DNA from: Balanoglossus misakiensis
Taxonomy: Eukaryota; Animalia; Hemichordata
Assembly: GCA_040954595.2 (NCBI GenBank)
Contig: CM082596.2
Location: 2,350,999-2,414,998, forward strand
Direction of reading: 5' to 3'
Length of the DNA: 64,000 bases
Shown: one piece after another, positions 25,701-48,167 of the stretch
Layout: every line of letters begins with the position of its first letter
How positions within the stretch are numbered: the first letter of the stretch is position 1
The notes under the pieces: generated by a model
Database searches by the model: none
The model's input: only the letters and a program-made list of their open reading frames with translations
Told to the model about the DNA's origin: nothing
Position numbers and translations under genes: made by a program

Positions 25701-27230
25701 TTTCTTGTTTTTCTTTTCTTTCACTCCATCCCTATCAAAAAGTGATGAAAATAGCTGTCGTTATTTTGGCCAGAATAGCAGCTTCCACGAATACATTCCT
25801 GCCTGTTGTCCCTGCTTTCTTAACGTTAACCTATCTTACCTTGGCAGGAAGTCTCTCCCCTTATATGGTGAGGACTCTTTTGATCTTAGAATGTCCCTGC
25901 TATGGGATCTTTACCTTGATTCTTTTTTTTTCTCCACGGGTGGAGGACCTAGCCTTTCCATGATGGCCGGTTCTTTCTCTGGTGTCTTCTCTTTCAGAAA
26001 TTTCTCATTCCCGACGGTTATTCTTATAGATTCATTTTCATCGAGTGGGAGGCGGAATGAGGGAGGATGCTGCACAAATGAAAGAATAATTCAATAACCA
26101 AAACACGCTGCTAAATAATTCTCTTTAAAAGTGAAAAGCGTTTGAGAATTTGTTTTTGTAAAGTATAAGTTATGCGCTTTGAATAAAAAGTTCATAAAAC
26201 CATAGATAGTGATTAGTGGATGTACCTTGACATCCATGATTTTAAAACCACACCATATCATCAAACTTACCTCTCGCTGTGGACCAAGTCTTTCATGTAC
26301 TGGTCGCCTGTCTATATCAGATAAGTCCTCGGGGAGAGGTACCTGTTTTGGTGGGCCAGGTATGCACCCACCATCTATGGGCAACCCCCAGTTTTTACCA
26401 TCACCCGGGAGGTTGGGCCCCTTGTCACGGTCTGGAAATTGATCCAGCCCCGGTTTGGTTTCCCCAATAGGGTCAGGCAAGAGTGGGGGGTGCCGACGGG
26501 GTGGAATCGCATCTTTCGGGTAAGAAACCAACAATCCCGACTCTAAAACAAATGATTCCCGTTCTTCTTTCTTGATCGCAAGATCACCCCCGCCCGACGA
26601 ACTTTGGTTGCCCTTGTCTTTTTCTTTTCTATCTATAGATGACAAATCCTTCCCCTTTCCTGGGGGCGGGGGGTGGCGTCCATCCTTATAATAAAGATCA
26701 AGTGGATCTTCATCACTGTATTTCTTAGATGACTGTTCTCCTTTCTCTCTTTTTGCGTCTTGCTTGGATGTCTTTTCACCAGCGGGCGCAGACGGTTTAT
26801 GCCTCTTGGATGGTGGGGATCGGGATCGGGGTCGAGAACGAGATCGGGATCGAGACCGCGATGACCGATCTCGGCTGTCACGGCGTCGACTTTTACTGTG
26901 ACGATCCCGATCCCGGTCCCGTTCGTCGTCTGAATGAGAATGCGACCGGTCTCTGTGGTACTGATGGTGGTGACCTCTGCCACCCGGAGCCCCTCGGGCA
27001 CGAAACGGTCGTCGAAACCATCTACCCCCACGCGCTCGATCGCCTCGCCCTCTACCCCGAAATCCACCGCGGTCAAACGAAAAACCCCTGCCTCTACCTC
27101 GATCGACAAAGCCCCTACCTCTCGCTCTGAAACCTCTGAAAACGAATCCACGATCACCTCTACCACCCCTACCCCTAAAATCCCCTCTACCTCGGGAGTC
27201 TCCTCTTGTCGCTTCGTGCTTCTCTGACAT
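19760..27230 (-). CDS. ZNF318: ZNF318-like protein (RGG and RS/RD-rich N-terminus, coiled coil, two matrin/U1-type zinc fingers)
   Basis: ZNF318-specific blocks: IDDEDRFLYGDD; LEKLRKQGGELMRKKQRQKDGHKDPLLLENSKLQDEI; ZnF1 DHWCQICN...HLQSKSHQK; KGSEFVMPVHALFCSLCMEFMGD...EHLKTEKHNKTYQ; KFLEDNPFYEKRKSLDR. Exon 1 is 27230-26271 and exon 2 is 26069-22992 (~3.1 kb). The last exon ends MEVLDEA* at 19760; this terminal exon is less certain. Confidence 0.9.
25395..25530 (-). repeat. Degenerate ~18-nt coding tandem repeat (DRSRDR-type units) in ZNF318 exon 2
   Basis: Plus strand shows recurring (T)CGATCTCGACT/TCACGATCTC units; the translation is DRDRSLDRDRSRDPDRSRDRERSRDRDKYRDHDRSRER. Confidence 0.7.
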
Positions 27231-28313
27231 TTTTAGTCGAAGTACAAACACGGTTTTTCAACAAGACTGCATACTTCATCAAGGTAGAAAAGGCGAGAGA
27301 AGCGGCCATGCACGCTACTCAAAATGGCTGCCCGCATCAGTCACAAAATAATTGTCGTAAAGAACACTTCTCCTGTTTAAGCAAATATGCCGACACATGG
27401 CCATAATAAAGTATACTTATTTCGATAAAATGACCTTTTATATGCGTAATATGATTTTTATAGGCAAAATATCTGATACAGATAAATTTATATGACACCA
27501 AGTTTAATTTGCGACTAAATAACGTTAAACGGTAAATTTCCATTTTGAACTCGCAGAAGAATAAGGTTCTTGCAAACTTTATTGTGAATATGGGTAATGG
27601 AAACTAAATAAAGAGACTTTCTGATATACACAGGCAATTTGTGAGAAAAAGGCAACATTCGAGAACTATGCATATGTGCCGAATAATCGGTGACACATTC
27701 CAAAGGAACACCTAACGAGTCACAAGTACATGGACCCTGATATGGACACATGAAATCGACAGCACCTGGACAGCTATGACAGTCGCCCTCAACGACAGAA
27801 AACTGCTTGACCAAGAAACAACATAGTGCACTGTGACACATGTTGTTACAGCTGTGTGACTCCCCAGGTGTCTCGAGCAGTAAGATCCAGAGTGCCAGCT
27901 ACATTTTCCCCAAGTCTCAGTGCCAAACAGGTGAATGACAACTCTGAAAATTATCTCATAGATCAAACTGTCTCATAATGAACCCTCAGATGACCCCAGG
28001 TCTCTTGGTCAAAAGGTTATTTGAGGTCACACACCAACCTGTTTCACTTTCAGTTGCCAAGGAAACTGTGCACAGATTACTTTGCTACTCTGTTTAGGGA
28101 GATCTTGGTGAAAGACGGAAGGAAGTGACCAAGAGCCAAGATGCCAAAACCATAAATTCTTTCTTTATTGCCAATTTACAGACTGTACTTTGGTCATCTT
28201 CAAAGGGAAGTATATATGGTATGCAGCCAAAGAGAAGTGTTAATCCGGTCATTTCTTTTTGATCTGTACATTTCAGGACAATATTGCGGAAAGCCAAGCA
28301 AACTGATTCCAGG

Positions 28314-37638
<9,325 letters not shown>

Positions 37639-38617
37639 TACAGCTTCCCTGAACATTTTAGCCACACTACACTTCCCAAAATCCCTAACCCTGACTTTTG
37701 ATGGGCAGTGTTGTACCTTTGGACAGCCAATCAAAAATCAATGTTTCTTGAACATTGGAGATTTTTCCAAGGGAAATCTGGTGAAATTTCTTACTGCCAA
37801 AATTTACATAATATCCACAAGTGCAATTAATGACACAGGTGTCTTTCAACATGGGTTACTAAGGCAACCAAATGAGCCAAACAAACCAGAATGTGTGCCC
37901 TTTGAAATCCTTTCAGTGGGTAATGGTCTTGGGAAACACTTGGAGATTTTCGCTTCAGTATTAAAGAACTGTTTTGTGCAGAATGAGAAATAAATATATT
38001 TATACGAACATTTGATATTTGCTTTGCTTATTACAAAACCCAGTCACTTGGTATATATTCACTCTTCTATTTTTCTAGCTTTCTCTCTCATGATGAGTAT
38101 AAAAACTACAAATTGATGCTATATGCTACTGAAGTGTTTACAGAACAGATTACCACACCAAGACAATAAACAAATTCAAAAATTGTAAGAATACACACCG
38201 ACTAAAAATGTCATACCACAATTTTAAATATGCCTTGAAAATTTCATGCAAAATAAGACTTATAAGACTTATAAAACCTATTGATACGGTACAAAAATTG
38301 CATTACTCTGGTTCACCTGCGGACCTAACTGGCCATGTCAAATCACAGAGGGCACTCTCTACAGTTCATTCTTCTCCATCCACACGCAGAGACAGTTGGC
38401 GGAGGAACTGAGCTTTGACTAGAGTTCTACTTCCCCAAGATAAGTGCATAAATAATTCTTCCCTGAGAACAAATCTATGGGGTATCTTGAACAGTGATGA
38501 GAAATGGCACCCTCATGTGGACATGAACAGCATTAAAACATCATCCGTTTACATGTATCATCTCTTATGAGTTTATCAATATTTTTCCTAAAAGGGGTTC
38601 CTTCAGCACAAGTACTG

Positions 38618-41600
38618 CTAAAGCAAGTACTCTTTTGCATGGTTCTCCTCATCTATATCCTCATCCTCTCCATGCACAATTTTTCCGTCGCAGTTCCCGT
38701 TGGGAATTTTCATGTGTTCCAGTTTCATACCTTCCTCCTCCGTGGTATCTCTCTCAGTGGGAGATCCCTTTGGTCTGAAACGGAACACGGAACATCGCAC
38801 TGAAGTGGAATGCATCAAAAGCACATTTTCTCCTAATCACTACGTCGAGTATATACAAACATACAGACGCAACCGATTCCATATGGTCCCAATGGTATAC
38901 ACAAAACTTGCTTCATAGATTTCGAAAGAAAATTGGCATACACTTTCAAGAAAATGAATGCCTCTCACCTGAGGAATGTTGCCAACAAGAGTGGATCGAC
39001 TTCTTCGTATTTAATGGCAGGTGTGAAATACCTGTAAATTTCGCTGACAATTACGCCCAGGATAACGGTTATCAGCCAAGAGAAGGTGCAGTACCACATA
39101 AAGGAAAGCTGAAACAAAAAAATAATGACTGTATTAGTAGATGAACCTTTTCCTCCATAGCCAGTGTGCAGCTGTCTTGTAAGGTTGTTTTCGATTGATC
39201 AGTTCCTTGTCAATACACTGGGATGCTACAAAACTCTTCTGCTGTTCCACTGTTACAGTACATCAGTAATTACTGATTTGTGACCCACCTTGTAGATTTC
39301 TAGACTGTCTCTGTCCATGATTGCCCCGGCACTCACCCAGAGACCACAGCCAAACCCAACAATCATACCAACCAACGCACCACTGCAAAGAAACAAGCCA
39401 GGAGACATACTGTGAGTTAAAGGCCCATATTTGTCGACACGGGTATTTTTACAGACATAAACAACAGACCTTTCGTTACATGTAGATATTGAACATTCTT
39501 GTCAAAAGCACATACATGTACATGTTGACAACTTACCACCAATTGGAACGTTTCCAGAACATTCCCAGAGAAAAGACACCTAGCAACGGTCCCCCTGATG
39601 TGCCGAAGATAGTGTTGCTAATGACAACGAACGGTCCCATGTACTGTGCCACAAAGGCTAGACCCAGAGTCAGTGCACCATATATACATGCTAAAATCAA
39701 ACCAAAAAAATATAGATCAGAATTTAATGTGAATCAGTGACATCTCAAACTGTAACCCTTTTACTAGCATGGTATGGTCAAAATCTATTGTTTCTTTCAT
39801 AAACTTGGACCTCTGCAAGTGGAAACAGGGGTGGCAGGCTTGACTTACTGAGAATTTTTGACAGAAGGGTATCCCTGGCATCATTCACGTATATTTCTGA
39901 CCCAGTCATTCTGGCCCTCCACTTCCGCCACTGTCGGACCATGTCTGAAAGAGTGACCGCTATCAGAGCATTCAGGCCTGATGACATGGTGCTAGGATCA
40001 AGATAAACAGAACATGATCGTTACTCAGCCATTCTTGAGCCAACATTGAAATAAATGGCACAGACAATGAAGGTGTTGTGTTCGTCCAGTTCTAGTGCTG
40101 CTTCACTTTACAGTACAGATCAGAACTGCATTTCCAACTGGGTCAGCAATGGGCTAACCCAAGGGCCACCAGCCCTTATTGTCACACCTCACTCACATGC
40201 AAATAATGACTAGCACAGGTACTTATTTCGTTATTTCAACCTAGCTACATCATACTTGATTCGTGGTCTTACCTCAGAGTACCAGCAAAGATGCATGCAA
40301 CAAACAGACCCTGTAATCCAGGTATCAGACCAAACTGCGAACTTACAAAATACACCATAATCTTTGGACAGAAAACAAGAAACCTATATATTAATACATG
40401 TATTATGCATGGTTGTGCTACCATATGTAACTCAGAGTTATGCCTGTTCACAGATATTAAAATTGAAATGCACTGGGTAAGGAAATGAGTTTTGTGATTA
40501 GTCTCTTACTTGATCGGCAGAAGTATAATCTGGAACATATCTTGGTCCTGTACCTTCAGGTAATGTTGCAAGACTTGTGTCTAAAAACAAAAAGAAATAC
40601 ATTTCACACACATTCATGTATCAGGATCAGGGATGATTCTCGTGTGACCATCATGATCAAACTGGAATTATAATCAACAGATTTGTTCATACTCACTACT
40701 TGACAGCACTGAGAAATTTGACAGCGACTGGGGCATGGTGTAGTAGTTAGCAACATTGCTGCTCAGATCTGAAATGCAGAAACAACAGCCATGGTTAGAA
40801 CAGCATCATGTATCAGTTGTTAAGAACTTGTGTGGATCACAACTGAAGAACATACATGTACTTAGCTCAACATCTTCAGCTACATGCATCACAGAATTTG
40901 CATCACGAAGATTTTACTTACTTGTTCCGTATGTGTAATTCAACAGTGTGTCATTCAAAGGGGGCATCAGTGGAGTCATGTGATCTGAAACAAACAGTCA
41001 AGGTACTATCGGTAAATTGTGACAAGTGGGTCAAAAGGCTTGGACCTCTGACAGAGACAAAATCAAGATCTCCTACAGCTGACATATCAAAGCTTGAACT
41101 ACTTACTCTAAGTTATACGGTCACTTCTAACTCTCATATGCCCATATATGCATAAATGGTGTGTGCCTATTAAGTGTTCCCATGACTCGGATGAAAATCT
41201 GTGATTGGCTAGTCTTTAATACCCACCATATCTATATCTAGATTTGTATACATGACTGTAACCCTTACATGTAAAATTGGGAGAACAAATACTGTAACAA
41301 GATGAAACTATTGTGACTCAAAAATTATTCAGAACTGATGTTACACTCTATCTAGAGATGATGAACATGAGATAACATGACACACTTACTATTGTAGAAT
41401 GCATACAATACAAGTCCAGTGAAGTAAACCATTGGTAACATTATGAGTTGAAATGGCAAGTTCAAAAATACAGCTCTGAAATATTACAGAAAAAGACGTT
41501 ACTGATGACTCAAATATAATATGTCTTTCCTTGTATATAAGTTACTATAAAGTTAGACCTCTCCAAATTTCACCTAGTGAACGTGTAACTGGAAATTTTG

Positions 41601-44600
41601 TTGGAAGTTGTGATAAATATATATGCAAGAAACTTTTATCATGAATGATTGATTGCAATGACTTGATGAAAGAGATGAGAGCAACACTTACATTTTTGCT
41701 TGACGCAAAGACTTAGATGCAGCGTATCTCTGTACCGCTGTCTGGCTGATGTAGAGAGGGAACGTGTTCATACCGCCACCAACAGCCAGACTGACTGCAG
41801 ACAGTCGCGTAGTGACACCAAATGGAGTACTGAAAGGTCAGAGGTCAGTTAAGTTACCATAGGTTAACAAATCTTTGCAGACATATTTTTTCGACAATAT
41901 GAAAGATGAAGTGACTCTTACGACATTTCACAATGTCTCAGCACTGTCCGACCAGAATCACCCCTGCTTCTCAATACACAAGCCCAATCATACCTCTGAA
42001 AACAACAGGGCTGGACCAAACTATTACACCGAGAGGGTCAGGCACTGGGGCTAAAAAATTAAATGTTACTTACTCCATAAAATTAAGATGTCCATTTTCT
42101 TTGTTGAATTCCCAGACATGATTTACACCACCTGCTTTGATGGCACCAAGTACAATGATTGTGACAAAGGATCCGACAATAATAACAAACTGAAACACAT
42201 CTGTCCAGATGACTGCCCTCATACCACCCTACGGGGAAAGGATAGCTGGGTAAGCACATGCACAGCGATCAAACGACTAAACCATGTATGGAGCTACAAG
42301 GTGTCACTGGTAATATTTTGAAACCAGTGTGGGTACAGAAAATCTTCTTCCTGCAAAAAAGGATGGTACCCTCAAATGGACACAACTGCTGCCAAATCAC
42401 ACTTGCAATAATGGCAAAGTACCAGCATATAATCTCCAATTCTACTTGTTTGTGGAAAGAAAGAAATATTTCAATTTAGTCAGCTTAAAAATGAAAAAAT
42501 CAAAGAGTTGTTTATAATTACTTTTCCCACCCAGACTGGCCTATATTTTGGAAATTAGTTCATAGCAGTGTTGGCCTGCAAGTAACATAGGTGCATTCAA
42601 AGTTCAAAGGTGGAACTCAAAAGTCACAAAAAGGACAAATCTCACTAATTATTACACAGTTTGTACTTTTTTATCTCTTTCCACAGAAAACACTAATAGG
42701 TCAAGGTGACATATCTCCACTGATGGTGGCAAAGTGCACGAGTGGCTTGCAGGTTTTCTACCACTGTGAATAAATGAATATACTTACAATGCTTGTGTAA
42801 AATGTACAAATTACAGCTGTAATGACTACGGTCTTCCACACTTCAAAACCAAGTACTGTTAAAACAGACAAGAATATGCAAGTGTTTTAGCAATACTGAG
42901 CTGCATCTATCCATTTTATCAACCTTTGGGTCAAAGTTCATCTGATACTGTAGAGCCTTCATTTTTGGACAGTCGACTTTTTGTCAAGAAAATTGTCGGT
43001 TGAATATACATACCTGCTTCAAGTGCTAGGGCTGGACCAACTAATGTAACAGCCATATAAAACGATGTCTGCACGATAAATAATATGGATGAAATAATTC
43101 GCAGACTGAAATGAAAGCGAAGGCTCATGTACTGCAAGAAAAAAACAAAATAATTATAATTATAATACCTGAATCTTTCATTTGATTTTTTTTAGCAATG
43201 CTTATTCTACTTCCTAAAAGTATACTATAACACTCAGTTTGGTAAACTCCATAGAATGTCATCATAAAATACAACAAATACAAAGAAAGAATTTGGAGAC
43301 ATTTACCTCATATGCACTAGTCAACTTTAAACCATGAAACACTGGGACAAGGATGAATGTTACAACTGGAAACACCCAGAGTAGACAGAGTACGTAAATA
43401 GAATATTGGGCTCCATTGGCAAACGTCTCTGCTGGCATTCCCAGGATTGTAATTGGGGATAAAAATGACACCACTAAGGACATAGCAACAGGAACGCCAT
43501 TCATACTCCGATCTGCAACTAGGAACCTAGACAAGAGAAATATACAAGTATTAAAATTTTAATCCTGTACTTCATTTTAGATTTGGAGCTTGATGTCAAT
43601 GGCTGTTACAACTCTTTTCAAGTGGTTGAATATTTTTTTTGTAAACATACAGTTGTATTCATGAGCTGTTTATATAATTAACAAAGCCCTAATAATGATG
43701 AATGCACAGGCCATACAATACACTTTTGTTTAACAACGGAAATGTCTTTGTCTCTCGTTATGTGCATCACAAAAAGTACCAACAAAAACCACAGATTACG
43801 TTATCTGAATCTACTGATTCAAACATGTTTTTTATCCCATACTTAGAGTTAAGTTTTAAATAATAAAAATGATTCAATTTTCTTTTATCCACTTTTTTCA
43901 TAGAATTCCGCTCATGGAATATTCTGGTATGACAGAGTTGATCACACTCCATCTTTAAAGTGAGGACTTTAATTTCTGCTGGTATGTAGTACTCCTAGAA
44001 TTCAATGGAGTTTACTGAATGAATACTAGACAGTAATTACTAGTATATCACATCTAAATGTTCATCAATAATTATCAATTTATTTTCAAGGACATGTACC
44101 GTGATTTCATCTATGGAGTCTTAAGTAAGCTCAGGGTTAGAGGCTGCAATAGGAAGTGGTCAAGGTCACACTGACATGATCGAAATCATAGCTTTAAAAA
44201 TAGAACTTGGAGTCATGAGTGTTGGGTACCATCATTTTATCAAGCTTTGAGACATCTCTGACCTGCCACCTGTCCTGTTTCCATTAATTAGTAATACCAG
44301 TAAAAGTAGCCCTACCAGTGTAATGTACACTGATGATCAATATCAAGCAAGCAAATCAATGGGAAAACATTGAGAATATTACTTCTGTTGACATTGGTTG
44401 ATTTCATTTCAATCTCAATCAAGGCACTGATAAAAAAAATCCATCTTTCCAGACATCAGTGATATTACTACTTGTTAAGACATGTTGTCCATGTTCTTGA
44501 TAGTTGATTTAACCATTTAATTATATTTTTAAATATTTTAAATATTTTTATATAGGATCACAAATCACATAATTAAATAAAGCATTATGAACAAGAATTC

Positions 44601-44947
44601 GAAAATGTCCGTTGCTGGTGAACTGTGAAATTTATTTACAATCACCATGGTGATATAATGTAACAAATTCTTCGTTGAAGACCTTACAAATGTGTAGACC
44701 GTCCACGTATCATACAAAAACACATGCGCATGCCTGAAATAAATCAGTGCGTTGTAATTGTTCACTACTATAGATACATTCACACTAAACCCACGTGTAC
44801 CTATCATCGTACTCACCGGCTAGTAGTTCGTTGACCTCCCTTCGCGAACGCGTGGTAAATACCGGTGAGAGCGGAGATAGCCAACATAGCCGAAAAGACG
44901 ACGTAGTCGACTATTCCGAACGGGTTCACTTCTCCGGTGGAAGACAT
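38618..44947 (-). CDS. SLC5A sodium:solute symporter of the NIS/SMCT/SMVT (SLC5A5/6/8/12) subfamily
   Basis: MSSTGEVNPFGIVDYVVFSAMLAISALTGIYHAF; FLVADRSMNGVPVAMSL...ILGMPAE; LTSAYEYMSLRF; GGMRAVIWTDVFQ; SQTAVQRYAASKS; IPGLQGLFVACIFAGTLSTMSSGLNAL; GTSGGPLLGVFSLGMF; LSFMWY; EEVDPLLL; stop at 38618. The paralogue cannot be assigned by eye. Confidence 0.92.
39756..39838 (-). mobile_element. Short MITE-like repeat, copy 4 (SLC5A intron)
   Basis: TAACCCTTTTACTAGCATGG...CTATTGTTTC...AACTTGGACCTCTG...GGAAACAGGGGTGGCAGG is colinear with the copy at 35131. Confidence 0.6.
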
Positions 44948-45616
44948 TTTAAGACGGAATTTGGCCTACCGGATCCGGAGACAGCGAAACGCTTCACGCA
45001 ACCACGTTCACAATGCCCACCACTGGGATGGGTCATACGATAATGTCACTGATACACAATTCAGATTCAGATTCATGTTCAGATACGTTGTAATGACTGG
45101 CGATCGCAACGCGCGTGCGCACGTATTCGTGTGTGGACGCAAGATGTCCAGTCTCAGCAAAGCAAAGCGTTAATTAATATAAACGTTTAACAGAGAAACT
45201 GCTGTATTTGCACTGCCAACTCGAGTCGCGATTGGTCCGTTTTACGCCACGCCATAATTTACGATGACTCACAAGGTTATAGAAATCTGCTGACGGTTTA
45301 CAATTTTTGTGCTGTCAGCACGTAAAAGTGAATGTGAACAAAAGGCCGTTTTCAAGTTATTTAACCTTTTGTACATGCTCTGCCGAGGGTCAAAAATGAA
45401 CAATCCTGGTCTTTCAACTTATTATCAATAAATTCATCCGACACAAAAATTCAAACAAAACATTTTTAACTACATATATGTACATGTATTTGCCTTCAAT
45501 GTTTTTCATGATATAGCTCTTACAGTAATAAATAAATTAAAAAAAATATCTGCATGGCTACAGTACAGTGTATGGTAGAAGTACATAGTGTAATTAATTC
45601 TGTCCAAAAAATAAAA

Positions 45617-47145
45617 TCAAAACTTTTTGTTCTTGCTTCCTTTTCTTTTATCTCTTGTTTTATAAAGCAGGTACATGGATGAAAATACAAGACCAGCACA
45701 GTGTCCCAGAGTTGCTCCAATTAAACATGAAATTGGCCATTCCTGAAAGAAAGTGAAAAAAAGAGGATGTATGAATTATATTTGGAACACTGCAGTGATG
45801 TAACATTGAGTACAAGAGTTTCTATGTACCTGCCAGTCTCTGTCCCAGTCCAAAGGAATGGCAAAAGCACCTAACCATGCTCCAACTAATGTAGCTATTG
45901 TTGTCTGCTGCAGACTGCTTTCAACTCCAGGAATAGGCCTGAAAATGTAAAAATGTGATTACTGGTAACTTCCATAAGAAAAGTAAGGATCAATGTTTTA
46001 ACAATCAACATGCAAAATTTACCTCCAGTGGGCAGTATTGAAAGCATTTTACCTCCATATATTCATTGTAAGAGCTTTAGAAGGCTATTTCCTTGATTAC
46101 TTTGTCAAAATCACACTCATAACTTACTTGTTAGTCGTGAAAAGACGAGACCAGGCATCTCCATTCAAGCCAAGTACTATCAGACAGGGTAGGGTTGACA
46201 GAGTTGCGACCAAAACTGACAACATGAAGGTTTCTTCAACTAACCTGTCACCAAATCACAATGACATCACATTATACAGTGAACACATCTTGACAAACTG
46301 GCAAAAGACCGGGTGAAATGTTATGTAACTCATATTCAGTACATCTGTACCTTCAGTTTCACCATGTTTCAGTCTCAGTAAATTTACACACAGTGACACA
46401 CATTCCTCACAGAATAATTTGAGGTCACCTTTCAACCCTGATGTCACTTACTCTATCAGAGCTGCCCCATACAGTACTGCAATAAGATGGAAGAGCATAA
46501 CACTCAAACCATACACACAACCATATTTGACCAAACAGGAAAAGCGTCCACATAATGATTGCCATTGACTTCTTTTACTGGATGTCTGAAATACAAAAAA
46601 ATCGTGAAGACTGGAATGTGTGCCGGGTATATAGTAAATGGGCAGTGCGCAATTGACCAATCACAAGCGCTGTATCCTAGCGTTTCCGGTGTGCAAAAGT
46701 AATTGGCCAATCAGAATCGCGATGTCTTAATTAGTTAGCCCCCCTCCCCCCACCATATCCCTATGGTTAGCCAGACAGTGACGATCATCGAGTGGGTGCA
46801 TTAGATCCTATCCGAACTGTTTGTTTGCCAGAACTGCAATTTCTATATTTAGCAGAGACCCAGAAACAACCAATGCAGTTAACCTACCTTGAACGGCTTT
46901 GTGCGTTGAAGTTTTCCTGCCAGAAACCATCTTGTGAAACAAAGTGCGGTACCAAATGAGAAACAAAATATTTTCACTGTCCATAGCGGTGAAGAAATAA
47001 TGAGTAAAGTATCTTTGGCTATAAATGGGATCAGATGGAACAATACAATGAATAAAACTTGTCCTAAATTAAGAAGACACTGACATTTCGGAGATACATC
47101 ATCTCTTAGTACATCGTAAGCCAAAATACCAGTGGAGGCGGCCAT
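45617..47145 (-). CDS. PIGF: GPI-anchor biosynthesis class F protein (PIG-F/Gpi11), 5 coding exons
   Basis: FHLIAVLYGAALIE and the signature TLVGAWLGAFAIPLDWDRDWQ|EWPISCLIGATLGH. C-terminal KNKKF* fits a KxKxx ER-retrieval signal. Confidence 0.95.
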
Positions 47146-48167
47146 GTTTTCACGACCTTTGACATGACTCGGACGGGCTTCTTACCGAAGGAGGGCGCTC
47201 TCTTCTATCATATTTGTTAACATGGGCACAAGTTAAACAACTAGAACACTTATTAAAGCTTGAAAAGTGTGTTTAAAATACTTTTAATATGTGGCGCAAC
47301 CACATAAGAAGTTCACACAACTAATGCCGTAATATCTATCACCATAATAACTTGAACCAATGTCAGCCGTCGGCCAAAGGTCTATCATTAACATCTACCA
47401 TGAAAAATACTTTAGATAGTACCTCCATGATATAACCATGGACGTATAACATAGCCTCGCTGTTCGGTCCAAAGGTTATACTTAATTCATTATTTACACA
47501 TATTCGGGTCCGGGTGCCACGGGTGATCAACGTACAGAGCAGAAGCAGCAACTTTTTCTTATAAAAACTTGGACGTTTACAAAAATGGTTTTAAAAAGGA
47601 CTTTCCACAGGATTCGGAATGCTGGAACGGTAATGGCTATGGAAAGTTTCAGTGAGTACTGTTCTGCTCTGATCCGTTCTGTTCTGTTCGCACTTGTGAA
47701 CCATCCTTGAGCATAAAAAAGATCACCCTTGGAGGTTATGTAATCGCCATGCTCAGTCAGCTCCACTTTGGAAAAAAATTTCACCACCAAATGCAAATCT
47801 CTTGATGTTTGTGAGCCAATATTTCATAAATCGAGAAATTTATATGGAAATGGTGATAAAAAGGAAATCGTTCCTCAAAAATTCTTTTGAAAAGGGGATC
47901 AAAACAATCAAATAAACATTTGATTGCAACAATCAAGATGCCGGAGTCTGGTCCCCATAGGGGCCTACGTCATGCATGTGGGGTCATAGGTCATAGTTCG
48001 TGTACAAGATTACTCCCTCAACGTTGACACATTTGTTCTGTTCGTTTGTTTGTTTGGATCATGTGAACACTTATTCATCAACACCTGGTCAATGATCGTG
48101 TGTTCTGTGTCCACTGGAGTCCTGCACTTTGATCTGTGGAGTTATATGCAGACTAAAAACAGAAAAC

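Noticed and set aside
24812-26097. Long plus-strand ORFs (254, 147 and 225 aa) antisense to ZNF318 exon 2
   Set aside because: Shadow frames of a purine-rich, low-complexity coding exon; no independent domain or splice structure.
37683-37700. CCCTAACCCTGACTTTT just after the ABCC10 stop resembles a TTAGGG telomerase RNA template
   Set aside because: A 10-nt match is plausible by chance. It lies in the sense 3' UTR, and no pseudoknot, CR4/5 or H/ACA domain or separate promoter was recognisable.
44926-45036. Out-of-frame ATG ORF overlapping the SLC5A start codon
   Set aside because: The TSS is unknown and no conservation evidence is available, so it may not be transcribed.
47360-47970. Short ORFs and repeat-like sequence between PIGF and BSCL2
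   Set aside because: No recognisable domain, terminal repeats or second copy in the window; cannot be classified without a repeat search.
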